A stretch of DNA of 64,000 nucleotides from Patescibacteria group bacterium (GTDB lineage: Bacteria > Patescibacteriota > CPR2 > UBA1875), in NCBI GenBank assembly GCA_041737595.1, contig JBGSRK010000010.1, positions 1 through 64,000 of the forward strand, written 5' to 3'. The stretch's first letter is position 1. The number at the start of each line of letters is the position of its first letter. Below, piece after piece: positions 28,145-38,739 of the stretch. The notes under the pieces were generated by a model that did not search any database, had not been told where the DNA came from, and saw only the letters and a list, made by a program, of their open reading frames with translations. The translations under genes were made by a program, and so were the position numbers.

Positions 28145-28748
28145 CTTTATCCTCTAAAATTAATCTATCTAAATCTTTTTTAAATTGATTGAAATTTTGA
28201 AAAACGATACCCTTCATACCAATCTTTTCAGCTGTTTCAACATTTTCTTTTCTATCATCTATAAAAATTATTTCTCCAGGTTTCTTATTCAATTTATTAA
28301 TCGCAAATTCATAAAAATCTATGTTAGGTTTTCTCATCCCGACCTTACATGAAACAAATATTTTACTAGGTTCAAAAATTTCTTCAAGTTTCCAATATTT
28401 TTTATTAGCCTCATCAAACCCGTCCCCAAAATTAGTTAACATCGCGAGCTCGTATTTATTTTTTAAAGTTTTAACATAATTTTTTACTTCATCTCTTATC
28501 TCATAACTACTAAGATGAGTATTTCTTAGCTTGTGATAATCTTTTTTGGTTCCAAGTTGTTCCTGGATAAATTTATAAAATTGGTTAGTAGTTATTTTCC
28601 CTTCATCTAAGTCTAATGCTATAAAATCTTGTTTTGGTTTTAATTCACCTTCAGAAACACCAAAAAATTTAGCTAATTTTTTATATGTACCACCAGCATC
28701 ATTAGTAGTAAAAACCCCATTATTATCAAATAGTAATGTTTTTATCAT
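28137..28748 (-). CDS. HAD family phosphatase
   Basis: LFDNNGV, LTN, KP and FIDD motifs. Confidence 0.9.
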   Translation of the reverse strand: MIKTLLFDNNGVFTTNDAGGTYKKLAKFFGVSEGELKPKQDFIALDLDEGKITTNQFYKFIQEQLGTKKDYHKLRNTHLSSYEIRDEVKNYVKTLKNKYELAMLTNFGDGFDEANKKYWKLEEIFEPSKIFVSCKVGMRKPNIDFYEFAINKLNKKPGEIIFIDDRKENVETAEKIGMKGIVFQNFNQFKKDLDRLILEDKVE

Positions 28749-29406
28749 TTCTACCTTCTATTATAACAACAAATTCACCTTTTTCAGTTATGTTTTCTAT
28801 AATTTCTGATATTTTACCTCGATATATTGTTTCATGTATTTTTGTAAGTTCACGACAAATACATACTTCTTTGTCTCCATTTCTTTCAAATAACTCAGTA
28901 AGCAGTTTTTTTATACGGTAGACTGATTCATAAAGCACAACAGGTTTTTTTTCATTTGATATTTCGATTAATTTAGTTTGTCTCCCTTTTTTGTGTGGTA
29001 AAAAGCCATAAAAAACAAACTCAGAAACATTAAAATGACAAAGTGAAAGTGCAGTTGAAAGTGCAGAAGCTCCTGGGATTGATACTATTTCTATTTCTTC
29101 TTTAGATATTAGCTCTACTAAATAGTTCCCAGGGTCTGATATCCCTGGCGTCCCTGCATCAGTTACCAATGCAATGTTTTTACCATTTTTTAGTTCTGTA
29201 ATCAATTTATCTGTTTTTATTTTATTAGAGTGTTGGTGGTAAGAAATTAGCCCCTTTTTGATTTCGTATCTTGCTAGAAGTTTCGATGTAACCCTTGTAT
29301 CCTCACAGGCGATTAAATCAACGAGTTTTAAAATATCTAAAGCTCGAATAGTAATATCAGAAAGGTTACCGATTGGTGTTGCTATAATGTATAATTTTCC
29401 ACTCAT
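28726..29406 (-). CDS. rsmI: 16S rRNA C1402 2'-O-methyltransferase
   Basis: ATPIGNL, CEDTR, DAGTPGISDPG and RELTKIHE motifs. Confidence 0.97.
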   Translation of the reverse strand: MSGKLYIIATPIGNLSDITIRALDILKLVDLIACEDTRVTSKLLARYEIKKGLISYHQHSNKIKTDKLITELKNGKNIALVTDAGTPGISDPGNYLVELISKEEIEIVSIPGASALSTALSLCHFNVSEFVFYGFLPHKKGRQTKLIEISNEKKPVVLYESVYRIKKLLTELFERNGDKEVCICRELTKIHETIYRGKISEIIENITEKGEFVVIIEGRNDKNITI

Positions 29407-29672
29407 TTTATTTCAAACCTTGTTAAATTATCTTCTATTTGCGCGTTTTTGGTATTAATTGATTTAACGTCTGACATTGGTGACCCTTTTTTTGTCCATT
29501 CAATTAAATTATTAAGTGATTTTTCTTCCCCTTGGGCGAATATTTTGACAGATCCATCCATTTCATTTTGACACCAACCAAAAATATTAAGTTTTTTTGC
29601 TTCTTTTTTAACAAAATGTCGGTAAAAAACTCCTTGGACATCCCCATATACTGAAATAAATATTGCTTTCAT
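29403..29672 (-). CDS. acyP: acylphosphatase
   Basis: GDVQGVFYR and GWCQN..DGSV motifs. Confidence 0.93.
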   Translation of the reverse strand: MKAIFISVYGDVQGVFYRHFVKKEAKKLNIFGWCQNEMDGSVKIFAQGEEKSLNNLIEWTKKGSPMSDVKSINTKNAQIEDNLTRFEIK

Positions 29673-29677
29673 AAAAT

Positions 29678-30502
29678 TTAATTATAGTACTGTTTATATA
29701 TTTGTCGCCATTCAGCGAGTGAAAGAGTCTCTGCTCTTCTTTCTGGATTAACACCTGCTTTTTTTAATTTTTGAATTACTTCCTCTTTACTATATGGTCC
29801 AAAACTAAGCATCGAATTTGCAAGTTGTTTTCGTTTTTCACCAAAGCCAGATTTGACAAGTGTAAAGAATTTTTCTGGGTTAACATCAGAGAATATGGGC
29901 GTCTTATATGTTGAAATTTTAATAACAGCGGAAGAAACTTGTGGGGTTGGGTAAAATGCATCTCTTGGTACAATTGTTATTAGTTTTGCTGTCCCATAAA
30001 ATTGAACAGATATTGAAAGCATACTCATTCTATTTGGTGTAGCACAAATTCTCTCTGCCACTTCTTTTTGAACTAAAAGTACCATATCAGTTGGCTTATT
30101 CTTTTCTTCTAAAAACTTTCTTAAAATTTTTGAAGTAATATAGTATGGAACATTTGCGACTATTTTGTAATCACCTAAATCACTAGGATCAAACCCAATA
30201 ATATCCATTGTTTTAACTGTTAAATTTGTGCATTTAATACACATGGTTTTTAGAATCTCAACCATTTTTGGATCAAGCTCAATTGCAATTACATCTTTTG
30301 CTCTTTGAGTTAATTGTCTAGTAAGAACTCCCATTCCTGGTCCAATTTCAAGAACTTTTTTCCCTTCAAGTGGCTCAGCTGCATCGACTATTTGTTCAAG
30401 ATATTTTTGTTCAAATAAAAAATGTTGGCCCAGATCTGTGTTTGGTTTTGCGCCATACATCGAAAGAATGTCTTTAATTTTTCTAATTTCACCCAAATTC
30501 AT
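29678..30502 (-). CDS. rsmA: 16S rRNA dimethyladenosine transferase
   Basis: LGQHFL, EIGPGMG, ANVPYYIT, QKEVAER and RAETLS motifs. Start placed at ATG 30502 after AAAGGAG. Confidence 0.96.
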   Translation of the reverse strand: MNLGEIRKIKDILSMYGAKPNTDLGQHFLFEQKYLEQIVDAAEPLEGKKVLEIGPGMGVLTRQLTQRAKDVIAIELDPKMVEILKTMCIKCTNLTVKTMDIIGFDPSDLGDYKIVANVPYYITSKILRKFLEEKNKPTDMVLLVQKEVAERICATPNRMSMLSISVQFYGTAKLITIVPRDAFYPTPQVSSAVIKISTYKTPIFSDVNPEKFFTLVKSGFGEKRKQLANSMLSFGPYSKEEVIQKLKKAGVNPERRAETLSLAEWRQIYKQYYN

Positions 30503-30558
30503 AAAAAATCGGCTCCTTTGCCGATTCATTATAGCTCAAGTTTAGCTTTAAATGAAGT

Positions 30559-31521
30559 TTAATCAATTAATTGGACGGATACTTTTGGTATATAACCATC
30601 TCTTAGGCTACCCCCAATTATTTGGAAAGGTTCTGTCCCCATATCCATTAATGGACCATTGAATGGACCTGAACCAATTATTTTTACTTTTACTTGCTTT
30701 CCGTTAGAAAGATTTGTAACTAAAAGGTATTTTCCAGTCATCCCTTTATAAAATGAAGTAACCATGCCACTATAATAACCAAAATTTGCTCGTCCAGTAA
30801 TTATTCCAGATGCAATAATTTTGTCTTGTTTTAAATTTACAGTTTCTTTTAATATTAACCTTCTTGAAACTTCAACTCCATTTTTATATAAAATTCGATA
30901 AGTTTTTTTTACTTTTCCATTTACACCATTTTGAGTAATCTTTTTCTGACCAAAAGGAACATTTGAGTCACCATTATAAATAGTCTCAAATGCAACTGAT
31001 TCAAAAGTATCTATGTCCGCTTCATTTACCCTTGTAATAACTATAGTTGCCCCAGGTGTTAAAGTTTCTTCATTTTTATAATTCAATTCATCTTTTGGAG
31101 CAAGAATTACCTTTGATTTTGTTAGGATATTTGAAACTGTAGGTTCCCAAATTCTAATATCTTTTATTCCTCCATCAACCTCAATATAGAAAACAGGAGC
31201 TCTTTTTATAATTATTTTTTGTCCAGCGCCTCCTTCTAACACTGGGTCTAATATTAATTCTTCAGATATCTTATCTTCAGGGTAAATTTTAATATTATTT
31301 TCCGAAAGTGCTGTTAATGTCTCAAATGAACTACTTTTAATTAATAATTTTTTTGCATCATCTTGTAGAACAATAAAATATTCTCTATTTGTTTCTCCTT
31401 TAACTAATAATTGTTTTTTTACAATTAACCATGTAGAGAAAATAAGCAATAAAATTAAAACAAACAAAGTAGCTTTGCATTTAACAATCTTTATTAGAAT
31501 ATTTTTAATTTTATTTTTCAA
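30559..31521 (-). CDS. G5/DUF348 (YabE/RpfB-like) surface protein
   Basis: N-terminal TM, DUF348-like repeats, G5 domain (QNGVNG...YKNGVEVSR), C-terminal DPBB-like VTNLSNGKQVKV...GPF. Confidence 0.75.
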   Translation of the reverse strand: MKNKIKNILIKIVKCKATLFVLILLLIFSTWLIVKKQLLVKGETNREYFIVLQDDAKKLLIKSSSFETLTALSENNIKIYPEDKISEELILDPVLEGGAGQKIIIKRAPVFYIEVDGGIKDIRIWEPTVSNILTKSKVILAPKDELNYKNEETLTPGATIVITRVNEADIDTFESVAFETIYNGDSNVPFGQKKITQNGVNGKVKKTYRILYKNGVEVSRRLILKETVNLKQDKIIASGIITGRANFGYYSGMVTSFYKGMTGKYLLVTNLSNGKQVKVKIIGSGPFNGPLMDMGTEPFQIIGGSLRDGYIPKVSVQLID

Positions 31522-31577
31522 ATTGTGCCCAACAAATAGGCAAATAATAGTTTAACGCAATGTTTAGTATATTTCAA

Positions 31578-33278
31578 TTAATGTTTATATATATAATCTT
31601 CAGAATGTTCTTCTTGATAATTTTTTCTCTGCCAGAACTGATAGCCGAAATAACCAGCCGCAAGAATTCCAGCAACTATTGCTATCCAAAAAATAATTCT
31701 AAAAAATATTTCAAGCGGTGTAGCTTTTTCAATTGATACAAAATATACAGAAAAATGATCTGTTAATATAGTAGCGTACTTTTTCTTATAATCTATTGTA
31801 TGTTTAAGGTAGCTAATAGAACCATCACTTTTGATATAGCCAATTTTAGCTGTACTTAGAGCATTATTATTTACCTTTGTTAAATCAAATATTATTTGTA
31901 TTTGTGTTTTAAAAGATTTTAATAATTCTCCCTTCCCATTTTTTGCAAGAATTTCGTAAATACCAAATAGCTTAAATTTATCATCAACCTTGATTTTACT
32001 TGTTTTAATATCCATATTTTCTATTAGAACAAAAACATCTTCGCTTACTGAACCGGGTGGGAATACTATTAAAATTGACTTATCTTTTGAGGTAACTTCT
32101 CCACCATCTTTTTTTGTTACATTATATTTAACACGGTCCATTAATATCTCAAAAGTATTTGAATATTTTGAGTAATTGTTTGCTTCATCTTTTGCTCTTA
32201 CCCTATATTTATAATTTTTACCTGGCTCTGCTGTAAAATCTGCATAACTATTTTCATATGATTCATCTATAACTTCCCATTTTTCTTCAGTTTTTAAAGT
32301 TCTTTCAATTTCATAACTATAAATACCAATATTATCAGTAGATTCTGTCCAAAAAAGATTAATCGTGGCTTGGTCAGAATTATATTCTCCTTTTAGCCCA
32401 CTAGGTTCAGTAGGTGCTTCTGTATCATCAGAATTTGAATCTTCATATGTATATTCTTCTGAATCATAATCTTCGTCAGCATATCCTTCATAGCTGCCTG
32501 TCTCGTAATCATAATTTTCATCCGCACTTGGCTCATATTCACTATAATTATCTCCTCCATCAGAATAATCTGGCTCTTCGACAACTGGCTGTGTTGGAGC
32601 CACAACCACAGGGGTAGGTTGTACTGATGGGGCTGGAGCGACAACCTGATATGAATTGATTTTTATAGTATAAGCTGTACTCCAACTTTTACTATAACTT
32701 GTATGACCTTCTGAATCATAATAATCAAAAGCTCTAGTTCTCCAAACCCAGGTTCCGGGACTTAAAACAACAGTACCACTTGTAACTTCAGTGTTTTGAT
32801 TTAAATTTAATTTCCAACCATAATCATTATAGCCACTTGTTTGTTTATTCGGGTAAGAACCACATTTAGGGTGGCTAGAGCTAATATCCCCGGGACAATT
32901 AGACACTGGTGTTTTATCTGGATGGTGACCATCTGGGTCTTCGGCGGGCTTAGTACCATAACTTCGCCAAAAAGCTTCAGTTGATCTTCTATACATAACC
33001 TGAACACCAACCTTATTACCATTTGCATCAGTGGCTTTTGCAATAAATCTTACTGATCGAGATGATTCATTTGATAATAAATTTAAAGTAACCGTTGAAC
33101 CATTTGCACTAACAAATGCTCCACCGCTTGGACTATGTTGGATACGGACATTATAAGGGACTGGAGGTACATTTGTTGATGCATTACTTCTAAAACCAAA
33201 TATTGAAATTATACCCCCCATTAGAGCAAAAATAAAAATCAATAATGAAAACTTTTTAAAAAATAATTTCTTTTTCAT
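31578..33278 (-). CDS. fibronectin type III surface protein
   Basis: Signal peptide, acidic linker, DTEAPTEP...WTESTDNIG...YKYRVRAKD FN3 domain, DHFS motif, C-terminal TM. Confidence 0.8.
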   Translation of the reverse strand: MKKKLFFKKFSLLIFIFALMGGIISIFGFRSNASTNVPPVPYNVRIQHSPSGGAFVSANGSTVTLNLLSNESSRSVRFIAKATDANGNKVGVQVMYRRSTEAFWRSYGTKPAEDPDGHHPDKTPVSNCPGDISSSHPKCGSYPNKQTSGYNDYGWKLNLNQNTEVTSGTVVLSPGTWVWRTRAFDYYDSEGHTSYSKSWSTAYTIKINSYQVVAPAPSVQPTPVVVAPTQPVVEEPDYSDGGDNYSEYEPSADENYDYETGSYEGYADEDYDSEEYTYEDSNSDDTEAPTEPSGLKGEYNSDQATINLFWTESTDNIGIYSYEIERTLKTEEKWEVIDESYENSYADFTAEPGKNYKYRVRAKDEANNYSKYSNTFEILMDRVKYNVTKKDGGEVTSKDKSILIVFPPGSVSEDVFVLIENMDIKTSKIKVDDKFKLFGIYEILAKNGKGELLKSFKTQIQIIFDLTKVNNNALSTAKIGYIKSDGSISYLKHTIDYKKKYATILTDHFSVYFVSIEKATPLEIFFRIIFWIAIVAGILAAGYFGYQFWQRKNYQEEHSEDYIYKH

Positions 33279-33311
33279 TGCTTAATATATTTTATCAACT
33301 ATTTAAGAATA

Positions 33312-35438
33312 TTACACTTTTTTTATTGGGGCATAATATGTTGAAAGAACCTTTTTGCCATAACCTGGGAAATAGATTGTAAGTTCGTCGTCATAAACCT
33401 TCCGAACTTCACCAACACCGAAATTTTCATGTTCAACCTTATCACCAATATTAATAGCCCCAGGGATTCTTTCTTCTAATATTTCATCTTTATTATCTAA
33501 ATCACTATCAGTATTAATAAAATTTAATAATTGAGGAGGTATATCAGATAAAAATCTAGAAGGCATATTTGATGAAATACTACCAAAAAATAATCTAGAC
33601 CTAGCATAAGTAAGATAAACTTCTTTTTTTGCGCGAGTCATACCGACATAAAAAAGTCTTCTTTCTTCTTCTAATTCTGATGGGTCAAGGTTAGATCTAG
33701 AATGAGGAAATATGTTTTCTTCAAGACCAACAATAAATACAACAGGATACTCAAGCCCTTTTGATGTATGTAAGGTCATTAAAGTTATCCCCTCTGCATC
33801 TGTATTATAATTATCAATATCAGCTATTAAAGAAACTTCCTCTAAATAATCAGTAAGTGTAATTTCGCCTTTTAAAACTTCATATTCTCGAGCGACAGAT
33901 AAAAGCTCATTTAAATTTTCTACTCTTTCTTCCGCTCCATAACTATCATCTGTGTAATAACCCTTCAAACCAGAAATTTGAATAGTAGCTTTTATCCCTT
34001 CTGAAAGTGATTCGTTAAATTTTTGTTTAATTTCATAAATCTTTTCAAAATATGTGCTTAAACTTTCATAGGTTCTCGTCATTAATATATTTTTAATATT
34101 TGAATCCAATATTCCATTTATTTTAATATCATTTTCATCACAATATTTTTTTATTTTATTTAAGGATAATTGGCCAATTCCAGAATTTGGATTTTGGATA
34201 GAACGTGTAAATGATACCCAGTCGTTTACCCCAGAACAAATTTTTAACCAAGAAAGTGCATCCTTTATTTCTTTTCTTTCATAAAATCTTACCCCTCCAA
34301 TTACCCTGTAAGGAATTCTGTACCTTAAAAGTTGTTCTTCGATTATACGACTTTGTGCATTTGTCCGATAAAAAATAGCCATATCTTTTATATTATATTT
34401 TGAAGAAAGAGATAATATTTGTCGACATATGAAAGATGCTTCCCCAGTTTCATTTGCTGATTCATAAACAATAATTGGTGTTCCTGCTTCGTTTTCTGTC
34501 CAAAGCTCTTTTTTTGATCTCTGATTGTTTTTTTCAATTACCTTTTGAGCGGCTGCAAGTATTGATTTTGTGGAACGATAGTTTTCTTCAAGTTTCACAA
34601 TTTTTGCATCTGGCCAATCTTTAGAAAAATTTAGTATATTTTCAAAATTTGCGCCTCTCCAAGAATATATAGATTGCCAATCATCACCAACAACACATAA
34701 ATTTCCATTTTTCTCAGAAATCATTTTTGCAAAAAGATATTGAGCTTCATTGGTATCCTGATATTCATCAATTAAGATATATTGCCAAATATTTTGATAA
34801 TAATTAAGAGACTCTGGATGTTCTTTAAAAAGTTTTACTGTATTTACTAATAGATCGTCAAAATCCATTGCTTCATTTTTTAAAAGTTCTTTTTGATATA
34901 AATTATAAATTAATGATATCTTGTCACCGTAATAATCTTCAGAATACGAATTATAATCGTTTGGAGAAATCATTTTATTTTTTGCATCAGATATTTTCGC
35001 TTTTATTGCCTTAGGAGATATTTTTGAGTCAGCCATTTCTGATTTTTTCATCGCGTCTTTAATTACTTTAATTGCATCATCTTCGTCAAATATTACAAAA
35101 TTATTTGGGTAACCAAGAAGATGCCCCCATTTTCTTAAAACACGTGCACAAACAGAATGGAATGTACCCATTGTGGGGAGATTGTTTATATTATTCGACT
35201 TTTCTGCACCATGAATCAGTTTACTCACCCTTGTTTTCATCTCAGTTGCAGCTTTATTTGTGAAAGTAATTGCAAGGATATTTTCTGGTTTTATTTTTTT
35301 TTCAGAAATCAAATAAGCAACTCTATGGGTGAGAGCTTTCGTTTTACCACTACCAGCACCAGCAAGAACAAGAATCGCTCCTTCGGTTTTTATAACAACT
35401 TCTTTTTGGGCTTCATTAAGCCCACTAAGCAAATCCAA
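33312..35438 (-). CDS. pcrA: UvrD/PcrA DNA helicase
   Basis: AGAGSGKT, DEYQD, GDDWQSIY, NYRST, KGLEY and EEERRLFYVGMTRA motifs. Confidence 0.97.
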   Translation of the reverse strand: MDLLSGLNEAQKEVVIKTEGAILVLAGAGSGKTKALTHRVAYLISEKKIKPENILAITFTNKAATEMKTRVSKLIHGAEKSNNINNLPTMGTFHSVCARVLRKWGHLLGYPNNFVIFDEDDAIKVIKDAMKKSEMADSKISPKAIKAKISDAKNKMISPNDYNSYSEDYYGDKISLIYNLYQKELLKNEAMDFDDLLVNTVKLFKEHPESLNYYQNIWQYILIDEYQDTNEAQYLFAKMISEKNGNLCVVGDDWQSIYSWRGANFENILNFSKDWPDAKIVKLEENYRSTKSILAAAQKVIEKNNQRSKKELWTENEAGTPIIVYESANETGEASFICRQILSLSSKYNIKDMAIFYRTNAQSRIIEEQLLRYRIPYRVIGGVRFYERKEIKDALSWLKICSGVNDWVSFTRSIQNPNSGIGQLSLNKIKKYCDENDIKINGILDSNIKNILMTRTYESLSTYFEKIYEIKQKFNESLSEGIKATIQISGLKGYYTDDSYGAEERVENLNELLSVAREYEVLKGEITLTDYLEEVSLIADIDNYNTDAEGITLMTLHTSKGLEYPVVFIVGLEENIFPHSRSNLDPSELEEERRLFYVGMTRAKKEVYLTYARSRLFFGSISSNMPSRFLSDIPPQLLNFINTDSDLDNKDEILEERIPGAINIGDKVEHENFGVGEVRKVYDDELTIYFPGYGKKVLSTYYAPIKKV

Positions 35439-35470
35439 AATAAGCTCCTTTTAATTATTATATAATAAAA

Positions 35471-36157
35471 CTAGTCTTCTTCTTCAATTTCTGAATCTTC
35501 AACAACTACAGAATAATGCTCGTCCGAAATTTTTTCTTGACTGTATTCATTTTTGCCTATTTTATAAGTTGCAAATATTGCACCAGCGTAAGCATACCAA
35601 AAAGCATAAATCATAATAAAACTAATAATTAAAATTATGCCAGTAGATGATTCCTTAATAGCATTATTTTCTATAAGATTAAGGATTATACTATCAGAAA
35701 TATTAAAACGAATTTTTTCTATTAAATCGGAGAATAAAGAAAAACCTGCAATAATGAGGGTGAAAGCACCACCAAAATATAAATAGTGAGTAAAATGTTT
35801 TTTAAAATCAATTGTTTGTTTTTTTAATAAGTTATTATAACTTTCATCTTGCTTATTAACAAAATCTTTCTTAATCTTTTGGTTATATATAAATATTTTG
35901 TATGACTGATAACCCCAAATCATAAAGAAAATAATAGAAGCTACGATTAACCAGATAATAACCATAAAACCACTTTTTATAAAGTAATTATCCCAACTTA
36001 CACCAGAAAGACCAACTTTAAAATAATCACCTATTAGATCTAAATAATAAAATCTAATTCCAAGATAACTATAAGAATATTGCCATGATAAAAAAATCAG
36101 AGAAAAGATTATTTTCCCTATAGTTGGTTTAAATATGTTTTTTATTTCTTCATTCAT
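35471..36157 (-). CDS. hypothetical 4-TM membrane protein
   Basis: Four hydrophobic segments; overlaps the upstream ferredoxin gene. Confidence 0.7.
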   Translation of the reverse strand: MNEEIKNIFKPTIGKIIFSLIFLSWQYSYSYLGIRFYYLDLIGDYFKVGLSGVSWDNYFIKSGFMVIIWLIVASIIFFMIWGYQSYKIFIYNQKIKKDFVNKQDESYNNLLKKQTIDFKKHFTHYLYFGGAFTLIIAGFSLFSDLIEKIRFNISDSIILNLIENNAIKESSTGIILIISFIMIYAFWYAYAGAIFATYKIGKNEYSQEKISDEHYSVVVEDSEIEEED

Positions 36158-36404
36158 TTTTTGTTTTAACTATAATAGCACAATCTGGACATATATTTTC
36201 ACATGTTTTACAACCAATACATTTTTCAATATCACACTTTACGGTAGCAGTCCCTAAATAGTTTTTGTTTTCATAATCAAATGAAAGACATTTTGCGGGA
36301 CACTTTTCTATACAAAAACCACAAGATTTACAAACTTCCGGGAAAGTTGACCAACTCTTATTATTTTTTTCATATTTTATTTCTTTAAAATTTTTTGACG
36401 CCAT
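36150..36404 (-). CDS. 2x[4Fe-4S] ferredoxin-like delta subunit
   Basis: CKSCGFCIEKCP and CIGCKTCENICP clusters. Confidence 0.93.
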   Translation of the reverse strand: MASKNFKEIKYEKNNKSWSTFPEVCKSCGFCIEKCPAKCLSFDYENKNYLGTATVKCDIEKCIGCKTCENICPDCAIIVKTKNE

Positions 36405-36976
36405 TTATCCTCTTTTTTTATTGATTTAATTATACCCATTCCCATTTCAAGAGCCTTGTGATTAAAATGCTTCAACTGAGGTTCTTTTAAATATTTATCT
36501 TTAAAAAATTCACTTAAAATTTTTATTGTTTCTTTTTCTTTAAGCCCACCAACCTCTCCCATGAGTGCCCCAAGGATAATAATATTAAAAACTTTTGGTA
36601 CTAGTTTTTCCTTAGCAAAAAATGTTGCAGGAATTGCTATTTTTGTATTTTTTAAACTCGAGATTTCTTCTTCTTTAATTAAACTATTATCAAAAAGAAG
36701 TATAGTTTTTTCATCAAAATATCTTTCAACCCTTTTTTTTGCACGAATAGCAAGTAAAACTACAATATCTGCTTTTTGAAATTTTGGAAAAGAAATTTTA
36801 TCATTAGAAATTTGAGTAAAAGCAAGAGAGACACCCCCCCTTTGTTCAACCCCAAAATTAGGCATATAAGTTACATCATAACCGGATTTATAGGCAACTT
36901 TTGCAAGTATTTTAGCAATTACTTGAATACCTTGCCCACCCTCACCAGCAATTAATATTTTATTTTTTTTCATCAT
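36377..36976 (-). CDS. 2-oxoacid:ferredoxin oxidoreductase gamma subunit
   Basis: AGEGGQG, FGVEQRGG and NIIILGA motifs. Confidence 0.93.
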   Translation of the reverse strand: MMKKNKILIAGEGGQGIQVIAKILAKVAYKSGYDVTYMPNFGVEQRGGVSLAFTQISNDKISFPKFQKADIVVLLAIRAKKRVERYFDEKTILLFDNSLIKEEEISSLKNTKIAIPATFFAKEKLVPKVFNIIILGALMGEVGGLKEKETIKILSEFFKDKYLKEPQLKHFNHKALEMGMGIIKSIKKEDKWRQKILKK

Positions 36977-37685
36977 CTACAATTCCTGTTTCATAAATTC
37001 TTTTAAGCGTATCTAAAAAATCAAAAGTTTTTTGAGTATTAGTTTTCCAGTTTGTGGGGCAATAAGATAATATCTCTAAAAAAGAAAAAGCATTATTATT
37101 TATTTGATTTTCAATTGCTAATTTTAAATATTTTTTTAATTGTGGGATATTATCAACACTTCCTCGTGCGATAAAAGCTTTTTTGTCTGCTACTTGTTTA
37201 ATTAAATTTGGTCCAAAAATTGGTCCTTCTACAAATTGACCTTCCGGGGTACTCTCTGTGTCTTCTCCAATTATAGTTGTAGGAGCTGCTTGTCCACCAG
37301 TCATTGCGAATACTGTATTATTAACCAAAATTACAGTTAATGGTTCATTTCTTTTGGCTGCATGTAAAAGATGATGTAACCCGATTGCATATCCCCCTCC
37401 GTCACCCATATAACTTATAACTACCTTTTTTGGCTGAGCTAACTTTATACCAGTTGAGACAGAAACACCTCTACCATGATGAGATTGTACTGAATTAATA
37501 TTATAATAATCCCAAGCAAGAAGAGAACAACCAATATCTGTAACAAAAACTGATTTATCAGAAATTCCAAGTTCATCTATTACAAAACCTAAATTTTTAA
37601 GAACAATACTATGGCCACAACCAGGACAAAAATCAGATGGTTTACTCTCTATTTTTACACATTTAGGGTATTTTGGTTCACTCAT
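36960..37685 (-). CDS. 2-oxoacid:ferredoxin oxidoreductase beta subunit (TPP-binding)
   Basis: FCPGCGH, IGC, HGR, GDGG, NN..FAMTGGQ and CPTNW motifs. Confidence 0.95.
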   Translation of the reverse strand: MSEPKYPKCVKIESKPSDFCPGCGHSIVLKNLGFVIDELGISDKSVFVTDIGCSLLAWDYYNINSVQSHHGRGVSVSTGIKLAQPKKVVISYMGDGGGYAIGLHHLLHAAKRNEPLTVILVNNTVFAMTGGQAAPTTIIGEDTESTPEGQFVEGPIFGPNLIKQVADKKAFIARGSVDNIPQLKKYLKLAIENQINNNAFSFLEILSYCPTNWKTNTQKTFDFLDTLKRIYETGIVDDEKK

Positions 37686-38713
37686 TTTATCATCTCTCTT
37701 AATTTTTCTTCTATTTCTTCTGAAATAATACCTTGGGCAGGTTTATATAATCTTTCTACTGACAAATCCTTAACTCCAAAAAGTGACTCTAAAACTAACC
37801 TACCAAACTGGCCAAATGATGATTCTGCAATTAATATTTTTTTAGCATTTTTTACCGCAATCTTTGCTTTTTGTGCTCCAAATGGTTTTAAAGTAATCGG
37901 TCTAAATAAACCAACTTTTAAACCCTCTTTTCTCAATTTTTCAACTGCTTCTCGTGCTGCGCTCCCTACTGTCCCCCAAGCAAAAACTACTACTTCTGCA
38001 TCGTCACACTTTATGACCTCTGATTTTTCAACTTTTGAGCCTATTGCGGCAAAATCCTTTAATTCTCTTAATATTATTTGAGATAGCTCTTCTTCTTGAG
38101 AATAAGTATTTCTAATGTTCACAGGATGATCAAAGTCTAATATTGATTTTGCTGCCTTAACCTTACCAGCTTTTTTTAAAATTACTGATCCCATTGTTTT
38201 TGAAAGATATCCATCACCTAGAACTATAACGGGCAAGCGATATCTGAAGGCCCAATCAAAAGCAAGTATCATAAAATCATATAATTCTTGTAAATTTGAA
38301 GGCCCAAGAACTAACCTCATTGCTTCTCCATTTCCACCCCTTGTAGCAAGATTCAATTCTTGTTGAGAATAAATTACAGTACCGGTTGAGGGACCTCCTC
38401 TTTGACCAATATATGCAACAAATGGAATTCTTTCTGCCTCAGCCATTACAATAGGATCTTGCATAAGAATATGCCCCGCTGCAGCTGTTGCTGTCCAGGC
38501 TTTTTTACCACCAAGCGATGCCCCAAGTAAAGTAAATCCTGCTGATGGTTCATCTTCTGTTTGAAGAAATAATAGTTTTTTGTCTTTTGCAGCCTCCTTA
38601 GCCCAACCAGTTAATATTTCTGTGGTTGGAGTAATAGGGTAACCGAAAAAAGCATTAGCTCCCGCTGCTAAAGCTGCTTTAATAATTATTTCATTCCCAG
38701 TTAATAGCTCGAT
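37682..38713 (-). CDS. 2-oxoacid:ferredoxin oxidoreductase alpha subunit
   Basis: Frame extends past the track start: LTGNE, GYPITPTTE, QTEDE, QRGGPSTG. The only plausible start is ATC 38713 after AAGGAGG. Confidence 0.92.
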   Translation of the reverse strand: MELLTGNEIIIKAALAAGANAFFGYPITPTTEILTGWAKEAAKDKKLLFLQTEDEPSAGFTLLGASLGGKKAWTATAAAGHILMQDPIVMAEAERIPFVAYIGQRGGPSTGTVIYSQQELNLATRGGNGEAMRLVLGPSNLQELYDFMILAFDWAFRYRLPVIVLGDGYLSKTMGSVILKKAGKVKAAKSILDFDHPVNIRNTYSQEEELSQIILRELKDFAAIGSKVEKSEVIKCDDAEVVVFAWGTVGSAAREAVEKLRKEGLKVGLFRPITLKPFGAQKAKIAVKNAKKILIAESSFGQFGRLVLESLFGVKDLSVERLYKPAQGIISEEIEEKLREMIK

Positions 38714-38739
38714 AAACCCCTCCTTATATTTCTATTCTA

